DNA of 64,000 nucleotides from Victivallis sp. Marseille-Q1083 (GTDB lineage Bacteria; Verrucomicrobiota; Lentisphaeria; Victivallales; Victivallaceae). The position numbers were made by a program, and so were the translations under genes. Below the pieces are notes generated by a model, which saw only the letters and a program-made list of their open reading frames with translations, had not been told where the DNA came from and made no database searches. Where the stretch lies: contig NZ_CAHJXL010000001.1 of NCBI RefSeq assembly GCF_903645315.1, positions 3,629,339 to 3,693,338 on the forward strand, given 5' to 3'. This document shows, piece after piece, positions 8,861 to 19,356 of this stretch; position 1 is the stretch's first letter; each line of letters begins with the position of its first letter.

Positions 8861-9814
8861 TCAGAACGCGGAGGTGACGGCCGGTTGAGCGTGCGGCAGC
8901 CGCCGTTCCAATTGCTGCAGGAAGTCGGCGATGTCGCGCCATTCCGGCCGGTCGTCCGGATTTTTGGCCAGCATGCTGGCGATAAAATCGGAAAGCTGCG
9001 GGTCGAAACAGCCGCGCTCCTTCAGCGGTTCCGGAACCGTGAAGCGATGCTGGTCGAGCACCCATTGCTGGTCATCGCTCGGGAAGGGGGCTTCACCGGC
9101 AAACAATTCATACAGCGTGGCGCCGAAACTGTAGATATCGCTTTTATAGCCCATATGTTCAAAATCGAAATTAATCACTTCCGGCGGCGCATACAGCGGC
9201 GTGGCCATCACCTCATCCTGATAAGGCTCGTTGGCGAATTTGGCCAGCCCCAGGTCGGCCAGTTTGGGACATTTGTCGCTCTGGCGGATGATGATATTGC
9301 CGGGTTTGATGTCGCCGTGGGTCATGCCGTATTTTTCCCAGGCGTAGGCCAGCGCATCGGAAATGCGGGCGCCGATTTTCAGCGCTTCGGCATAAGTCAG
9401 GGCGCCGAATGCCAGCAGCCAATCGTCGAGCGATTTACCGGCGACCAGTTCCATCGCAAAAAAGCCGTAGCCGTGTTCGGTGACGCCGGCGGCCCAGGCC
9501 TGGACGATGTTCGGGTGGCTCAATTTGGCGGTCACCTTGCTCTCCCGGAAAAATGCCTGCCGGGTTGCCGGCTCCTCGAAACGTTCCGGCGGCAGGATTT
9601 TCAACGCCACCTCACGGTTCAAAATTTGCTGACGGGCCAGGTAAACCACGCCGTTGTTGCCGCGGCCGAGCTCGGCCAGCACGGTGAATTCGCCGATCCG
9701 GCCGCCGGAAAATTCTCCGGCCAGTTCCTCGCCGCAGTGCGGACAGCGCCCGGTGGAGAATTCCGGTGAGGTGCTGTCGGACTGCCGGCGGCAAAAGCTG
9801 CAACGGTAAAGCAT
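8861..9814 (-). CDS. Hanks-type Ser/Thr protein kinase with N-terminal C4 zinc ribbon
   Basis: CSFC...CPHC ribbon; kinase motifs HGDIKPGNIII, DLGLA, APE. Confidence 0.85.
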   Translation of the reverse strand: MLYRCSFCRRQSDSTSPEFSTGRCPHCGEELAGEFSGGRIGEFTVLAELGRGNNGVVYLARQQILNREVALKILPPERFEEPATRQAFFRESKVTAKLSHPNIVQAWAAGVTEHGYGFFAMELVAGKSLDDWLLAFGALTYAEALKIGARISDALAYAWEKYGMTHGDIKPGNIIIRQSDKCPKLADLGLAKFANEPYQDEVMATPLYAPPEVINFDFEHMGYKSDIYSFGATLYELFAGEAPFPSDDQQWVLDQHRFTVPEPLKERGCFDPQLSDFIASMLAKNPDDRPEWRDIADFLQQLERRLPHAQPAVTSAF

Positions 9815-10011
9815 GCGTCTCCTGAAAGTGAATGTTCTTTTCCGGTTTTTCCATTCCGGCGGGAACGCCGGAAACGGCCAGATACTTTACAGCCGAAGTG
9901 CCGCAAAAGCAAGGTCATTCTTTTTACGGAAATCCGTCGAAAACGCTTGTTAAGTGGACAAGGTACGATATATTATACGACTTGTTCACAATACATAAAA
10001 CATCTGGATGA

Positions 10012-11151
10012 ATGAAAGATATGGCTCAGAAGGAATTGGAGTGCCGCCGGCAGGTGTTGGCCGAGTGCCGCCAGGTGGTGGTCAAAGTCGGGACCCGGTT
10101 GTTGACTGACCAGAGCCGGATTCCGAAATTGATTGCCGGGATTGCGGCGCTGCGGGAAAAAGGGTATCAGGTACTGCTGGTCAGCTCCGGTGCGGTCGGA
10201 ATCGGCATGCAGCAACTGGGGCTGGCGAAGCGGCCGCGGAAATTGTCGGAAGTGCAGGCGCTGGCGGCGATCGGGCAGGAGAAATTGATGTCGCTGTACG
10301 ATCAGGCTTGTCAGCCGTTCGGATTCAAGTCGGCGCAACTGCTGTTGACCGCGGCCGATTTGCGTGCCCGTGAACGGCATTTGAACGTACTGAACTGCAT
10401 CAAGGCATTGTGGGCGCATCGGGTATTGCCGATCGTCAATGAGAACGACTCGGTGTCGGTCGACGAATTGCGGTTCGGCGACAATGACATTCTGGCCGGG
10501 ATGCTTTCGACGATGACTGGTTCGCAGTTGACGATCATCCTGACGACCGAAGTGGGGCTGCGGCAGCGGAATGCCGACGGGGCGCTGGGGGAACGCATTT
10601 CGCTGGTCGGCAGGATCGACGATACGATGCGGGCTTCGGCGACCGGTACCGACAATGCCACGTTTTCGATCGGCGGCATGACCTCCAAGCTGCGGGCGGC
10701 GGCGATGGTGACGGCGGCCGGCGACTATCTCTGGATTGCCGACGGCCGCAGGGACGACATGCTGCAGCGGATGATTGCCGGCGAGGATGTCGGCACTTTG
10801 TTCGTGCCGCGCCATTCCAAATTGCAGGCCCGCAAACGGTTCATCCGCTTTTTTGCCAAATGCGCCGGCGCGGTGACCGTCGACGACGGGGCGGCGGCGG
10901 CGGTCGTCGACCGGGGCCGCAGCCTGTTGCCGTCCGGGGTGGTGTCGGTCAGCGGTAAATTCCGGCGCGGCGACACCGTGGAAGTGCTCGACCGGCAAGG
11001 CCGGGTGCTCGGCCGGGGATTGGTGAATTTCGCCAGCGAGGAGTGTGCCTTGATCATCGGCAAACACGGTGTGGAAATCCCGAAAATCCTGCAGCGCGAT
11101 GCCGATGAGGAACTGATCCACCGCGACAATCTGTCGATCGCGGAAAATTGA
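10012..11151 (+). CDS. proB: glutamate 5-kinase with PUA domain
   Basis: VVKVGT, SSGAVG, VNENDSVS motifs; C-terminal PUA domain. Confidence 0.9.
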   Translation: MKDMAQKELECRRQVLAECRQVVVKVGTRLLTDQSRIPKLIAGIAALREKGYQVLLVSSGAVGIGMQQLGLAKRPRKLSEVQALAAIGQEKLMSLYDQACQPFGFKSAQLLLTAADLRARERHLNVLNCIKALWAHRVLPIVNENDSVSVDELRFGDNDILAGMLSTMTGSQLTIILTTEVGLRQRNADGALGERISLVGRIDDTMRASATGTDNATFSIGGMTSKLRAAAMVTAAGDYLWIADGRRDDMLQRMIAGEDVGTLFVPRHSKLQARKRFIRFFAKCAGAVTVDDGAAAAVVDRGRSLLPSGVVSVSGKFRRGDTVEVLDRQGRVLGRGLVNFASEECALIIGKHGVEIPKILQRDADEELIHRDNLSIAEN

Positions 11152-11164
11152 ACGGAAAATTGGA

Positions 11165-12523
11165 ATGACCCGTCCTTTGCAGATTTATATCAAGACTTAC
11201 GGCTGCCAGATGAACGAACGCGATTCGGCGGCTTTGGCCGGCAAACTCATGCGGTTGGGCCACGCGATGGTCGAACGGGAAGAGGAGGCCGACGTGCTGA
11301 TTTTCAACACCTGTAGCGTCCGCGACCAGGCGGAACGCAAGGCGGTCGGCAAGATCAGTTATCTGAAAAAGCTGAAGCGGCGCAAGCCGGAACTGCTGAT
11401 CGGCGTAATCGGCTGCATGGCCCAGAATCGGGGCGAATCGCTGTTCCGGGAGTTGCCGCATCTGGATTTCGTGGTCGGAACCGGCCAGTTGCATCAGTTG
11501 CCGGAGATTATCGCTTCGCTGCGGGAGGATCGGCGGCAAATCGCCCGGCTGGCGACCGGCAGCGAAGTGTTGACGGAAATGGGCGTCCATCAGCCGGAAG
11601 CGAAGTTGAGCGATTTTATCGCGATTACCCGTGGTTGCAACCGGTTCTGCGCCTATTGCATCGTGCCGTATGTGCGCGGCCGGGAGATCAGCCGGGAGAT
11701 CGGCGATGTGGTGGCGGAAGCGCGGGAACTGGTCGCCAACGGCACCCGGGAAATTATGCTGCTTGGACAGAATGTCGCCGCGTTCGGCTGGAACGGCAAT
11801 GTCAATCCGCCGCCGGACGATGTTTCGCCGTTTGCCGATCTGCTGAAGGAACTGCAACAAATCGAGGGGCTGTACCGAATTCGTTTCACATCTCCTTATC
11901 CGTCTTATTTCAACGCGAAGCTGATTGCGGTGATGGCGGAGTGTTCCAAAGTATGCCACAGCGTGCATCTGCCGCTGCAGTCCGGTTCCGCCCGGGTCCT
12001 GAAAGCGATGAACCGGCAATATACGCCGGAACAGTATCTGCAAATCGTCGGGGCGTTGCGACAGGCGATGCCGGATATCGCTTTTTCGACCGATGTCATC
12101 GTCGGATTTCCGACCGAGAGTGCGGCTGAATTCGAGGAAACTTGCCAGTTGATGGAACGGGTTGGTTTTGACAACGCGTTCATCTTCAAGTATTCGCCGC
12201 GCGCCGGCACCAGAAGCGCCGAAATGCCCGACGATGTGCCGCAGGCGGTCAAGGAAGCGCGGAACCAGCGGTTGCTGCAACTGCTGTCCGCAAGCGCCTG
12301 GCGCAACAATCGCCAATTGGTCGGCACCTGCCAGGAAGTGCTGGTCGAAGGGCCGAGCCATCGCAACCCGGCCCGCTGGACCGGGAAAACCGCCACCGCC
12401 AAAAGTGTGATGTTCGCGCCGCAGCCGTCGGTGCGTCGCGGTGATCTCCACCGGGTGACGATCGCCAGAGTGACCGATATGACGCTGTTTGCCGACGATA
12501 TTCCGGATTTGCCGTCCGAGTGA
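11165..12523 (+). CDS. miaB: tRNA-2-methylthio-N6-dimethylallyladenosine synthase (radical SAM methylthiotransferase)
   Basis: YIKTYGCQMN MTTase N-terminus; CNRFCAYC radical SAM motif; TRAM C-terminus. Confidence 0.9.
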   Translation: MTRPLQIYIKTYGCQMNERDSAALAGKLMRLGHAMVEREEEADVLIFNTCSVRDQAERKAVGKISYLKKLKRRKPELLIGVIGCMAQNRGESLFRELPHLDFVVGTGQLHQLPEIIASLREDRRQIARLATGSEVLTEMGVHQPEAKLSDFIAITRGCNRFCAYCIVPYVRGREISREIGDVVAEARELVANGTREIMLLGQNVAAFGWNGNVNPPPDDVSPFADLLKELQQIEGLYRIRFTSPYPSYFNAKLIAVMAECSKVCHSVHLPLQSGSARVLKAMNRQYTPEQYLQIVGALRQAMPDIAFSTDVIVGFPTESAAEFEETCQLMERVGFDNAFIFKYSPRAGTRSAEMPDDVPQAVKEARNQRLLQLLSASAWRNNRQLVGTCQEVLVEGPSHRNPARWTGKTATAKSVMFAPQPSVRRGDLHRVTIARVTDMTLFADDIPDLPSE

Positions 12524-12704
12524 ATCGCGACCGGCCGGTGAAGTGCAGAAAGCAGCTTGAACAATGGCGCGAATATGGTGAATTTTGCCGGTTGTCGGCG
12601 GTTTTTTTGCAAATGGGGCGTCCGGGAAGGAAGCATGAGCATACCGCACCGGCCCGTCTCTTCGTCCAAGCCGGCGGGAGTTGAGGCGCCGCGCCTTCTT
12701 GGCG

Positions 12705-13775
12705 TCAGGCCTGGCCGACCGCCTGTTTCAGCAGGTGCAGCGCTTCCCGGTCCAGTTGCGCCATTTCGTCGATATGCTCGGCGATCTTTCGGCGGTTGTC
12801 CGGATCGATGAACTTTTCCGCCAAAATCTCCATCGGTGCGCCGTAATCGCCCAGGATATTCCAGATTTTCCAGCAGGTATTGTGAATGATCATGAATTTG
12901 TCGCCGGCCCGCTCCGCCGCTGGCGCATCCGACGGCAAATCCGGCTTGCCGCCGAGATAGAAACAGGTATAAGCCCGCGCTTCCGCCAGGTTACCGACCA
13001 GGATATGATGCAGGAAATGACGCCGGCGAATTTCTTCCGGCGGCACGGCATCGGCCAGCACATAGGTTTTCCAGGCTTCATAGGCGGCCTGGCCGGCCAG
13101 ATAATTCTCCACGCTGGTTTTGGTCATGATCCGAATGCCATGTTCGAGGCATTGCTGCATCCTTTCGGGACTACGCAGGTCGACCGGCGCGCCTTTTTCT
13201 TTCAGAAAGACGAATTTCCATACCTTCGACCAGTCGCGCAACAGCAGCATGCCGTTGTCATGCTGTTCACAGGGAAATTCTTTCTGGAAAAAGTCCCAGC
13301 CCAGCAGTTCTCCGCCATCCTTCCGGTAACCGCAGACAATGCCGCACTCCGGCGGCTCGACCAGCCCGAAGGCGAGCACCGGAAAACCGGTGTCGATCGA
13401 TTCGACCAGGCGTTGTTTGATGAGTGCGGCGGTTTCGGCGTTGTTTTCGATGATGTCGGCACGGCAGCCGATTCCAGCGAAGCCGCGCTCGATGGTCTGA
13501 TCGTGGGAATCGTTGACCTGGCTCAGATCGGTACAGGAAGGACAGCCGCCGGGATACCACAGCAATCCGAATCCCATGCCGGTCCAGGCCAGCAAATCGA
13601 AATAAAGTTGCCGCTGCCGCCAGCCGTCTTCGGTGATCCGAATCCCCATATCCCGGCCGATGCTGCCGGCCAAACTGGTCAGGCAGGACGGCAGGCAGAG
13701 ATCCTCCGGCGAATTTTTATCGTTTTCATGGAAATGGACCCGTTCGACATTGGTCAGTATTCGTTCGCCCATCAT
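12705..13775 (-). CDS. hypothetical Cys-rich protein, possible papain-fold (BtrH_N/C39-like) domain
   Basis: ORF 12705..13940; start moved to internal ATG (MMGERIL) with an aggaaa Shine-Dalgarno sequence. CLPSCLTSLAG motif resembles the catalytic Cys region of C39-like peptidases. Confidence 0.5.
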   Translation of the reverse strand: MMGERILTNVERVHFHENDKNSPEDLCLPSCLTSLAGSIGRDMGIRITEDGWRQRQLYFDLLAWTGMGFGLLWYPGGCPSCTDLSQVNDSHDQTIERGFAGIGCRADIIENNAETAALIKQRLVESIDTGFPVLAFGLVEPPECGIVCGYRKDGGELLGWDFFQKEFPCEQHDNGMLLLRDWSKVWKFVFLKEKGAPVDLRSPERMQQCLEHGIRIMTKTSVENYLAGQAAYEAWKTYVLADAVPPEEIRRRHFLHHILVGNLAEARAYTCFYLGGKPDLPSDAPAAERAGDKFMIIHNTCWKIWNILGDYGAPMEILAEKFIDPDNRRKIAEHIDEMAQLDREALHLLKQAVGQA

Positions 13776-13831
13776 GTTTTCCTTTCGGTTTGGCGCAGTT
13801 GGGGTATCTGTTGCCCGCCGGCAGGGAAAGG

Positions 13832-14533
13832 TTACGCTTCCAGATAAACCAAATGGGAGCAATTGTCGCAACTGGCCATGGCGCCGCGCTTGGCCAGCGT
13901 CAGGGTCTGCGGCGTGATGCGCAAATGACAATTGGTACAATTTTCATTGACGATTTTGACCAGCGGCGCACCGGCTTTGCCGCGCAGCAACGCTTCGTAG
14001 CGCCGCAACAGTTCGCTTTCCACCTGGGTGGCGCACTTGCTCCGCTCCTGCTCCAGTTCGCCGAGCATTTCATCGATTTCCTTGACCAGTCCCTGGAGCT
14101 CTTTGATTTCATTGCGGATGTTGACGGTCTGGGCGTCCGTTTCGGCGGAGATTTCCTTGAGCCGCAGTTTCTGGGCATCCTGCTTGTCCATCAGCAGGAT
14201 GATGTCGCTTTCCAGCTCTTCGATTTTGGCCTTGTTGTTGGCGATTTCCGTCAAGGCCGCCTGGTATTCGTCGTTTTTGCGAATCATCGTCGAACGTTGC
14301 TGCTTCTGGGCAATGGCGTCGTAAAGCTTGACGATCTGAGCTTCATTTTCCTTGATGGCCACTTCCGTCTGGTGAGCGGCGATTTTGGCTTCCCGCAACT
14401 CGCTCTGGGCTTCGTCCAGCTCCTTGGTCAGTCTGGCTTCCTCCTGTGGAATCATCTTCTTGCGGATATTCAGATTGCGGATTTGCATGTCCACTTCCTG
14501 GAGCGCCAACAGCGTCTCGATCCATCTTGTCAT
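13832..14533 (-). CDS. zinc-ribbon / coiled-coil protein (COG1579-like)
   Basis: Long coiled coil followed by C-terminal CTNCHL...CDNCS ribbon. Start at internal ATG (MTRWIETLL) with an AGGAGG Shine-Dalgarno sequence. Confidence 0.75.
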   Translation of the reverse strand: MTRWIETLLALQEVDMQIRNLNIRKKMIPQEEARLTKELDEAQSELREAKIAAHQTEVAIKENEAQIVKLYDAIAQKQQRSTMIRKNDEYQAALTEIANNKAKIEELESDIILLMDKQDAQKLRLKEISAETDAQTVNIRNEIKELQGLVKEIDEMLGELEQERSKCATQVESELLRRYEALLRGKAGAPLVKIVNENCTNCHLRITPQTLTLAKRGAMASCDNCSHLVYLEA

Positions 14534-14697
14534 CTCGCTTCCTCCTGTCCCGTCTTCTTGTGTGGTTGATGAATATGGCGATCGTTCACTTTCATTGCCC
14601 TCGGGAAAACGCATCATCCGTCTTGAGGCCGGCAGCGCCAAGACTTTCACTCAGGCAATCGATTCCGCCTTTCCCCGGGGAAAAAGCAGTCAAACGA

Positions 14698-15735
14698 CTA
14701 TTCAAATAATTCCGGTTGATCACTCATTTTCCGCTGTCCCGCCGGCAGCGGCAATTTCAATTTCCGCCAGGCTTTCGGCGTCGCGATCCGTCCTTTCGGC
14801 GTTCGGACCAGATAGCCTTCCTGGATCAAAAACGGCTCATATACCTCTTCGATCGTGCCGTCCTCCTCACCGACTGAAACGGAGATATTTTTCAAACCCA
14901 CCGGACCGCCGTTGAAATTGTAAATGATGGTTTCCAGCAGCCGGTTGTCCATCTCATCGAGGCCGTTGCTGTCGATGTTGAGCATCGTCAGCGCCGCCGC
15001 CGCCACTTCGCCGGTGATGACCGAATCGGCCCGCACCTGGGCATAATCGCGCGCCCAGGCCAGCAATTTGTTGGCAATCCGCGGCGTTCCCCGGCAGCGG
15101 CCGGCGATTTCACTCGCGCCCTCGTCGTCAATGGCGATGCCCAGGATGGCGGCGGAACGTTTGACGATGATTTCCAGACTGTCGGCGTCGTAATAGTCCA
15201 GCCGGCAGCACAGGCCGAAACGGGAACGCAGCGGCGCCGACAGCATGCCCTGGCGGGTGGTCGCTCCCAGCAGCGTGAAATGCGGCACCGTCAACCGGAC
15301 CGAGCGGGCGCCCGGTCCCTGTTCCAGCATGATGTCGATGAAAAAATCCTCCATCGCGCTGTAGAGATACTCCTCCACCGTCGTATTGAGCCGATGGATT
15401 TCATCGATGAACAAAATGTCGCCATCCTGCAGTGAAGTGAGCAGCCCGGCCAGATCGCCCGGCTTTTCGATGACCGGCCCGCTGGAAGATTTGATGTTGG
15501 CGCCTTTTTCGGCCGCGATGATGTAAGCGAGCGTCGTCTTGCCGAGGCCGGGCGGGCCGCTCAGCAGAATATGATCCATCGCTTCCTGCCGTTCTTTGGC
15601 GGCGCAGACAAAGAGTTCGAGGCGCTCCTTGACCTTGGCCTGTCCGGGAAATTCCCGGAAAGAGAGCGGACGCAATTTGTTCTCTTTGGGCAGGTCGCGT
15701 TTATTCAGTGTCGACGTAACAAAGCGTTCGGTCAT
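14698..15735 (-). CDS. ruvB: Holliday junction branch migration ATPase RuvB
   Basis: [11 protein letters not shown] Walker A, DEIHRL, winged-helix C-terminus. The track ORF has a Lys-rich, AT-rich N-terminal extension, so start placed at MTERF. Confidence 0.9.
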   Translation of the reverse strand: MTERFVTSTLNKRDLPKENKLRPLSFREFPGQAKVKERLELFVCAAKERQEAMDHILLSGPPGLGKTTLAYIIAAEKGANIKSSSGPVIEKPGDLAGLLTSLQDGDILFIDEIHRLNTTVEEYLYSAMEDFFIDIMLEQGPGARSVRLTVPHFTLLGATTRQGMLSAPLRSRFGLCCRLDYYDADSLEIIVKRSAAILGIAIDDEGASEIAGRCRGTPRIANKLLAWARDYAQVRADSVITGEVAAAALTMLNIDSNGLDEMDNRLLETIIYNFNGGPVGLKNISVSVGEEDGTIEEVYEPFLIQEGYLVRTPKGRIATPKAWRKLKLPLPAGQRKMSDQPELFE

Positions 15736-15866
15736 ATGAATTGAAAAAATCCGCTTTCGTTTGCTTTTTTTTCGTAAATAATGGTATAAATTCTTATTTT
15801 TCATTATACATTATAAAGAAGCAAATTCCAAGTCAGAATTGATAAAAATAAGCAGAAAGGCGGCAA

Positions 15867-17873
15867 TTGATGGAGAACTGTGCGAAAATGAAACTGGCAG
15901 CCGACACCATCCGGGTGTTGGCCGCAGATGCGATTCAGAAAGCGAAATCGGGACATCCCGGCATGCCGATGGGTTGCGCCGATTTCGCTTTTACGTTGTT
16001 TTACAAATATTTGCGTCATAATCCGAAGAATCCGAAGTGGCTCGGCCGCGACCGTTTCGTGCTGTCGGCCGGCCACGGCTCGATGCTGGAATATGCGCTG
16101 CTGCATCTGTTCGAATACGGCTTGTCGATGGATGAATTGAAAGCCTTCCGGCAGTGGGGCAGCAGGACGCCGGGCCATCCGGAATACAATCATACCGCCG
16201 GGGTGGATATTACCACCGGGCCGCTTGGCAGCGGTTTCGCGTCGGCGGTCGGCATGGCCATCGCCGGAAAGCATCTGGCGGCGGTCGGCGGCCTGGAGCA
16301 GAGCGGACTGCTGAACTATCGGATTTTCGTCATCGCCGGAGACGGTTGCATGATGGAAGGGGTTTCGTCGGAAGCGGCGTCGCTGGCCGGCCACCTGAAA
16401 CTGGACAATCTGATCTGCTTTTATGACGACAACGCCATCTCCATCGAAGGGTCCACCAATCTGGCATTTTCCGAAGATGTCGGCAAACGCTTTGAAGCGT
16501 TCCGGTGGCGGGTGCTCAGGCTGGACAACGCCAATGACGTGGCCGCCTGCGACCGGACGCTGGCGGCGGCGGTCCAGTCCGACGGCCGGCCGACCTTGAT
16601 CATCGGCAAGACGCAGATCGCTTTCGGCGCGCCGGACAAGCAGGGCAAAGCCTCGGCCCACGGCGAACCGCTCGGCGAGGCGGAGGTCTTGGCGACCAAA
16701 CGGGCGTTGGGTTTGCCGGAAGAGGCGTTCCATGTCGCGCCGGAAGTCTACGCGATGTGTCATGCCCGGGTGGAAGCGCTGGAACAGGCGGCGGCGGCCT
16801 GGGACCGCGAATTTCAGGCGTTTTTGACCGCCGATGCCGGGCGGGCGGCGCTGTTGAGCAAATTGATCAACCGGGAGGTGCCGGAAAATATTTTGGCGGA
16901 ACTGCTGGAGGCGGTGCAGGATGACAAGCCGCTGGCCAGCCGGGTCTCCAGCGGCATGATGCTGCAGAAAGCGGCGTCGCTGGTGCCGTCCTTGCTCGGC
17001 GGCGCTGCCGACCTGGCTCCGTCGACGAAGACGAACATCAAGGCGGGTGGTGATTTTTCCGCTGCCGACCGCTGTGGCCGCAACCTCCATTTTGGTGTCC
17101 GGGAGATGGCGATGGGCATGGTCGGCAACGGTATGGCGTTGACGGAATGCTGCATTCCGTACACTTCGACTTTTTTCGTGTTCAGCGATTATATGAAGCC
17201 GGCGCTGCGGCTGGCGGCCATCCAGCAGTTGCATGAGCTTTATTTCTTCACCCATGACTCGTTTTACGTCGGGGAGGACGGCCCGACCCACGAGCCGGTC
17301 GAACAGTTGGCGATGCTGCGCAGCATGCCGGGCATGACGGTGATCCGGCCGGCGGAAGTGCATGAGGTTGCCCATGCCTGGGCGGCGGCCCTGCGGGCGT
17401 CCGGACCGGTGGTGCTGGTGCTGACCCGGCAGGATCTGGAACCGTTTGCCCCGGAACTGGCGGCCAGGGTCGATGTGGCGCGCGGCGCTTACGTGCTGAG
17501 CGATGACGAAAATTTCAGCGCGATTCTGATTGCCAGCGGTTCGGAGGTGAATCTGGCTTTGCAGACCGCGGCTTTGATGCGTCGGCAGGGCTGTAAAGTG
17601 CGGGTGGTTTCCATGCCGTCGCAGGAGTTGTTCCTGCAGCAGGATCCGGCGTATCGCGATGCCGTGCTGCCGCCGGATTGCCGGAAGCGGATTTCGTTGG
17701 AAGCCGGCGCGACGTTCGGCTGGGAGCGATTTGTCGGGCTTGACGGTCTGGCCATCGGTCTGGATCATTTCGGCGCCTCGGCGCCTTACAAGGTATTGAT
17801 GGAAAAATTCGGCTTCACGCCGGAAGCGGTGTTGCGGAAAATTCAAACCTATTTCAATTGCGGCAGTTGCTGA
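15867..17873 (+). CDS. tkt: transketolase
   Basis: SGHPG, thiamine-PP binding motif GDGCMMEG; 668 aa. The true start may be the internal ATG at 15888. Confidence 0.9.
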   Translation: MMENCAKMKLAADTIRVLAADAIQKAKSGHPGMPMGCADFAFTLFYKYLRHNPKNPKWLGRDRFVLSAGHGSMLEYALLHLFEYGLSMDELKAFRQWGSRTPGHPEYNHTAGVDITTGPLGSGFASAVGMAIAGKHLAAVGGLEQSGLLNYRIFVIAGDGCMMEGVSSEAASLAGHLKLDNLICFYDDNAISIEGSTNLAFSEDVGKRFEAFRWRVLRLDNANDVAACDRTLAAAVQSDGRPTLIIGKTQIAFGAPDKQGKASAHGEPLGEAEVLATKRALGLPEEAFHVAPEVYAMCHARVEALEQAAAAWDREFQAFLTADAGRAALLSKLINREVPENILAELLEAVQDDKPLASRVSSGMMLQKAASLVPSLLGGAADLAPSTKTNIKAGGDFSAADRCGRNLHFGVREMAMGMVGNGMALTECCIPYTSTFFVFSDYMKPALRLAAIQQLHELYFFTHDSFYVGEDGPTHEPVEQLAMLRSMPGMTVIRPAEVHEVAHAWAAALRASGPVVLVLTRQDLEPFAPELAARVDVARGAYVLSDDENFSAILIASGSEVNLALQTAALMRRQGCKVRVVSMPSQELFLQQDPAYRDAVLPPDCRKRISLEAGATFGWERFVGLDGLAIGLDHFGASAPYKVLMEKFGFTPEAVLRKIQTYFNCGSC

Positions 17874-17896
17874 AATCGGTCGGAAACGTCGTAGGA

Positions 17897-17930
17897 CTCC
17901 GGAACTTCGCCGAAGCGCCGGAGTTTTTTT
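17897..17930 (+). terminator. rho-independent terminator after tkt
   Basis: CTCCGG..CCGGAG stem with a nested CTTCG/CGAAG stem, followed by T7. Confidence 0.6.
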
Positions 17931-17992
17931 GAAGTGCTGCGGGAGAGGTATTGACCGGGCCGTCTGCTTTTCAGGATAAAGGGTGAAATCAA

Positions 17993-18916
17993 ATGTGGAT
18001 GGGAGTGTTTCTCGCGCTGGTAACCGGCGTGTTGTGGATTGTCGTCGGGATCATTTTGCGTTATGCCGGCAACCGTATCAAGATGCTGGATGCCACGCTG
18101 CTGTATTCGTTGCTGCAGTTGCCGTTTTTTCTATGGCTGCTGGACGGGGTGGCAGAATTTTCCTCCGCCAATTTCTGGCATTTGCTGGGCATGCTGCTGG
18201 CCGGCGGGGTCAACGTCTGGGCGATGCTGCTGCTGCAGAAGGCGATGGCCGACGGCAACAGCGGCGTGTCCTGGGCGATCGGCCAGTCGGCGCTGGTGTC
18301 CTCTTTCGTCACCGGCATTCTGTTTTTCGGTGAAGAATTTTCCATCATCCGTTGTTCCGGCGCCGTGCTGATCGTCTGCGGCATGGTTGTCCTGGGATTC
18401 TCGCAGCGCGACCCCCGGAGCAATGTGCGGAGCAGCCGCCGTTGGCTGTGGTATGCGTTCGCGGCATTTCTGTTGTTGTGCTTTGCCCAGGCAACCGTAG
18501 CGGCCGGCAGCAATTGGCAGTTGTCCAGCGGCATGCGGGGAGCCTTGATGACCATCGGCGCGATCGGCTTCTGCGTCGGCCGGAAATATACTTCGCCGGA
18601 GCGTGGCTTTGTTTTCAATAAAGTCATGTGGGTGACGGTCCTCGGGCTGGCGGTGGTGGGTCTGGTTTCCGAAATGACCAATTTTATCGCTCTGGACTAT
18701 CTGGCGGAGGTCAATCTTTCCGGCATCGGTTACCCGCTTTGTCTCGGCAGTTGCATCGCCGGTTTTGCCTTGTACAGTGCGCTGGTGTTGCGGGAAAAAA
18801 CCAATCCGGCGACCTGGTGCGGAATTTTACTGATTGTTCTGGGCATTTTTCTGATGCCGAATTACAGCAGCTTCGCTCCGGCGCCGGAAGCTTTGGCCGG
18901 CGAAATCGCCGAATAG
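17993..18916 (+). CDS. DMT superfamily (EamA-like) transporter
   Basis: 10-TM hydrophobic profile in two EamA-like halves. Confidence 0.7.
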   Translation: MWMGVFLALVTGVLWIVVGIILRYAGNRIKMLDATLLYSLLQLPFFLWLLDGVAEFSSANFWHLLGMLLAGGVNVWAMLLLQKAMADGNSGVSWAIGQSALVSSFVTGILFFGEEFSIIRCSGAVLIVCGMVVLGFSQRDPRSNVRSSRRWLWYAFAAFLLLCFAQATVAAGSNWQLSSGMRGALMTIGAIGFCVGRKYTSPERGFVFNKVMWVTVLGLAVVGLVSEMTNFIALDYLAEVNLSGIGYPLCLGSCIAGFALYSALVLREKTNPATWCGILLIVLGIFLMPNYSSFAPAPEALAGEIAE

Positions 18917-18926
18917 GGGCTCGGCA

Positions 18927-19310
18927 ATGCGATATTTACGGGCAGTCGGCAAATGGTTGGGAACGGCGCTGCTGCTGGGCTATCTCTGGTTTGCCGTCTC
19001 TTATGTCTGTGCCGCGACCACGACGCCGGCTTCGCGGGCCGTCACGATGTTGATTGTCTGTCTGATCGTCAGTCTCGGCACGGCGGCGGTATTCCAGTTC
19101 CGGGTATGCCGGCGCCGGAGCGGCAACTTGCTGGTGGTGGCGGCCGCCTGGGTGATATGCTGGCTGCTCCTCCATTTCATCGCCGACCGGAATGTCGGGC
19201 AATGGATCACCCGGCCCGATTCGGCGAACCGCAATTACCTGGAATTTCGGGGTAAACCGGCCGGCTTTCAACCGGAGAATTCACCGGAAATAAAACAGGA
19301 CAGCCGTTAA
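18927..19310 (+). CDS. small hypothetical membrane protein (3 TM)
   Basis: ORF directly after the transporter gene; hydrophobic helices; no recognisable family. Confidence 0.4.
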   Translation: MRYLRAVGKWLGTALLLGYLWFAVSYVCAATTTPASRAVTMLIVCLIVSLGTAAVFQFRVCRRRSGNLLVVAAAWVICWLLLHFIADRNVGQWITRPDSANRNYLEFRGKPAGFQPENSPEIKQDSR

Positions 19311-19356
19311 AGAACTCCGGCCGTCCTGTTGATTGCGGGCGAGGCACTTGGCAAAT

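Noticed and set aside
8810-9769. 319-aa plus-strand ORF
   Set aside because: Fully antisense to the Ser/Thr kinase, which has clear kinase motifs; no family features.
9973-11121. 382-aa minus-strand ORF
   Set aside because: Antisense to proB; low-complexity.
11054-12649. 531-aa minus-strand ORF
   Set aside because: Antisense to miaB; Arg/His-rich artefact.
14698-15804. Longer RuvB start at 15804
   Set aside because: The extra 23 residues are Lys-rich and AT-rich and lie in the promoter-like AT tract; the RuvB alignment begins at MTERF.
15804-17846. 680-aa minus-strand ORF
   Set aside because: Antisense to transketolase.
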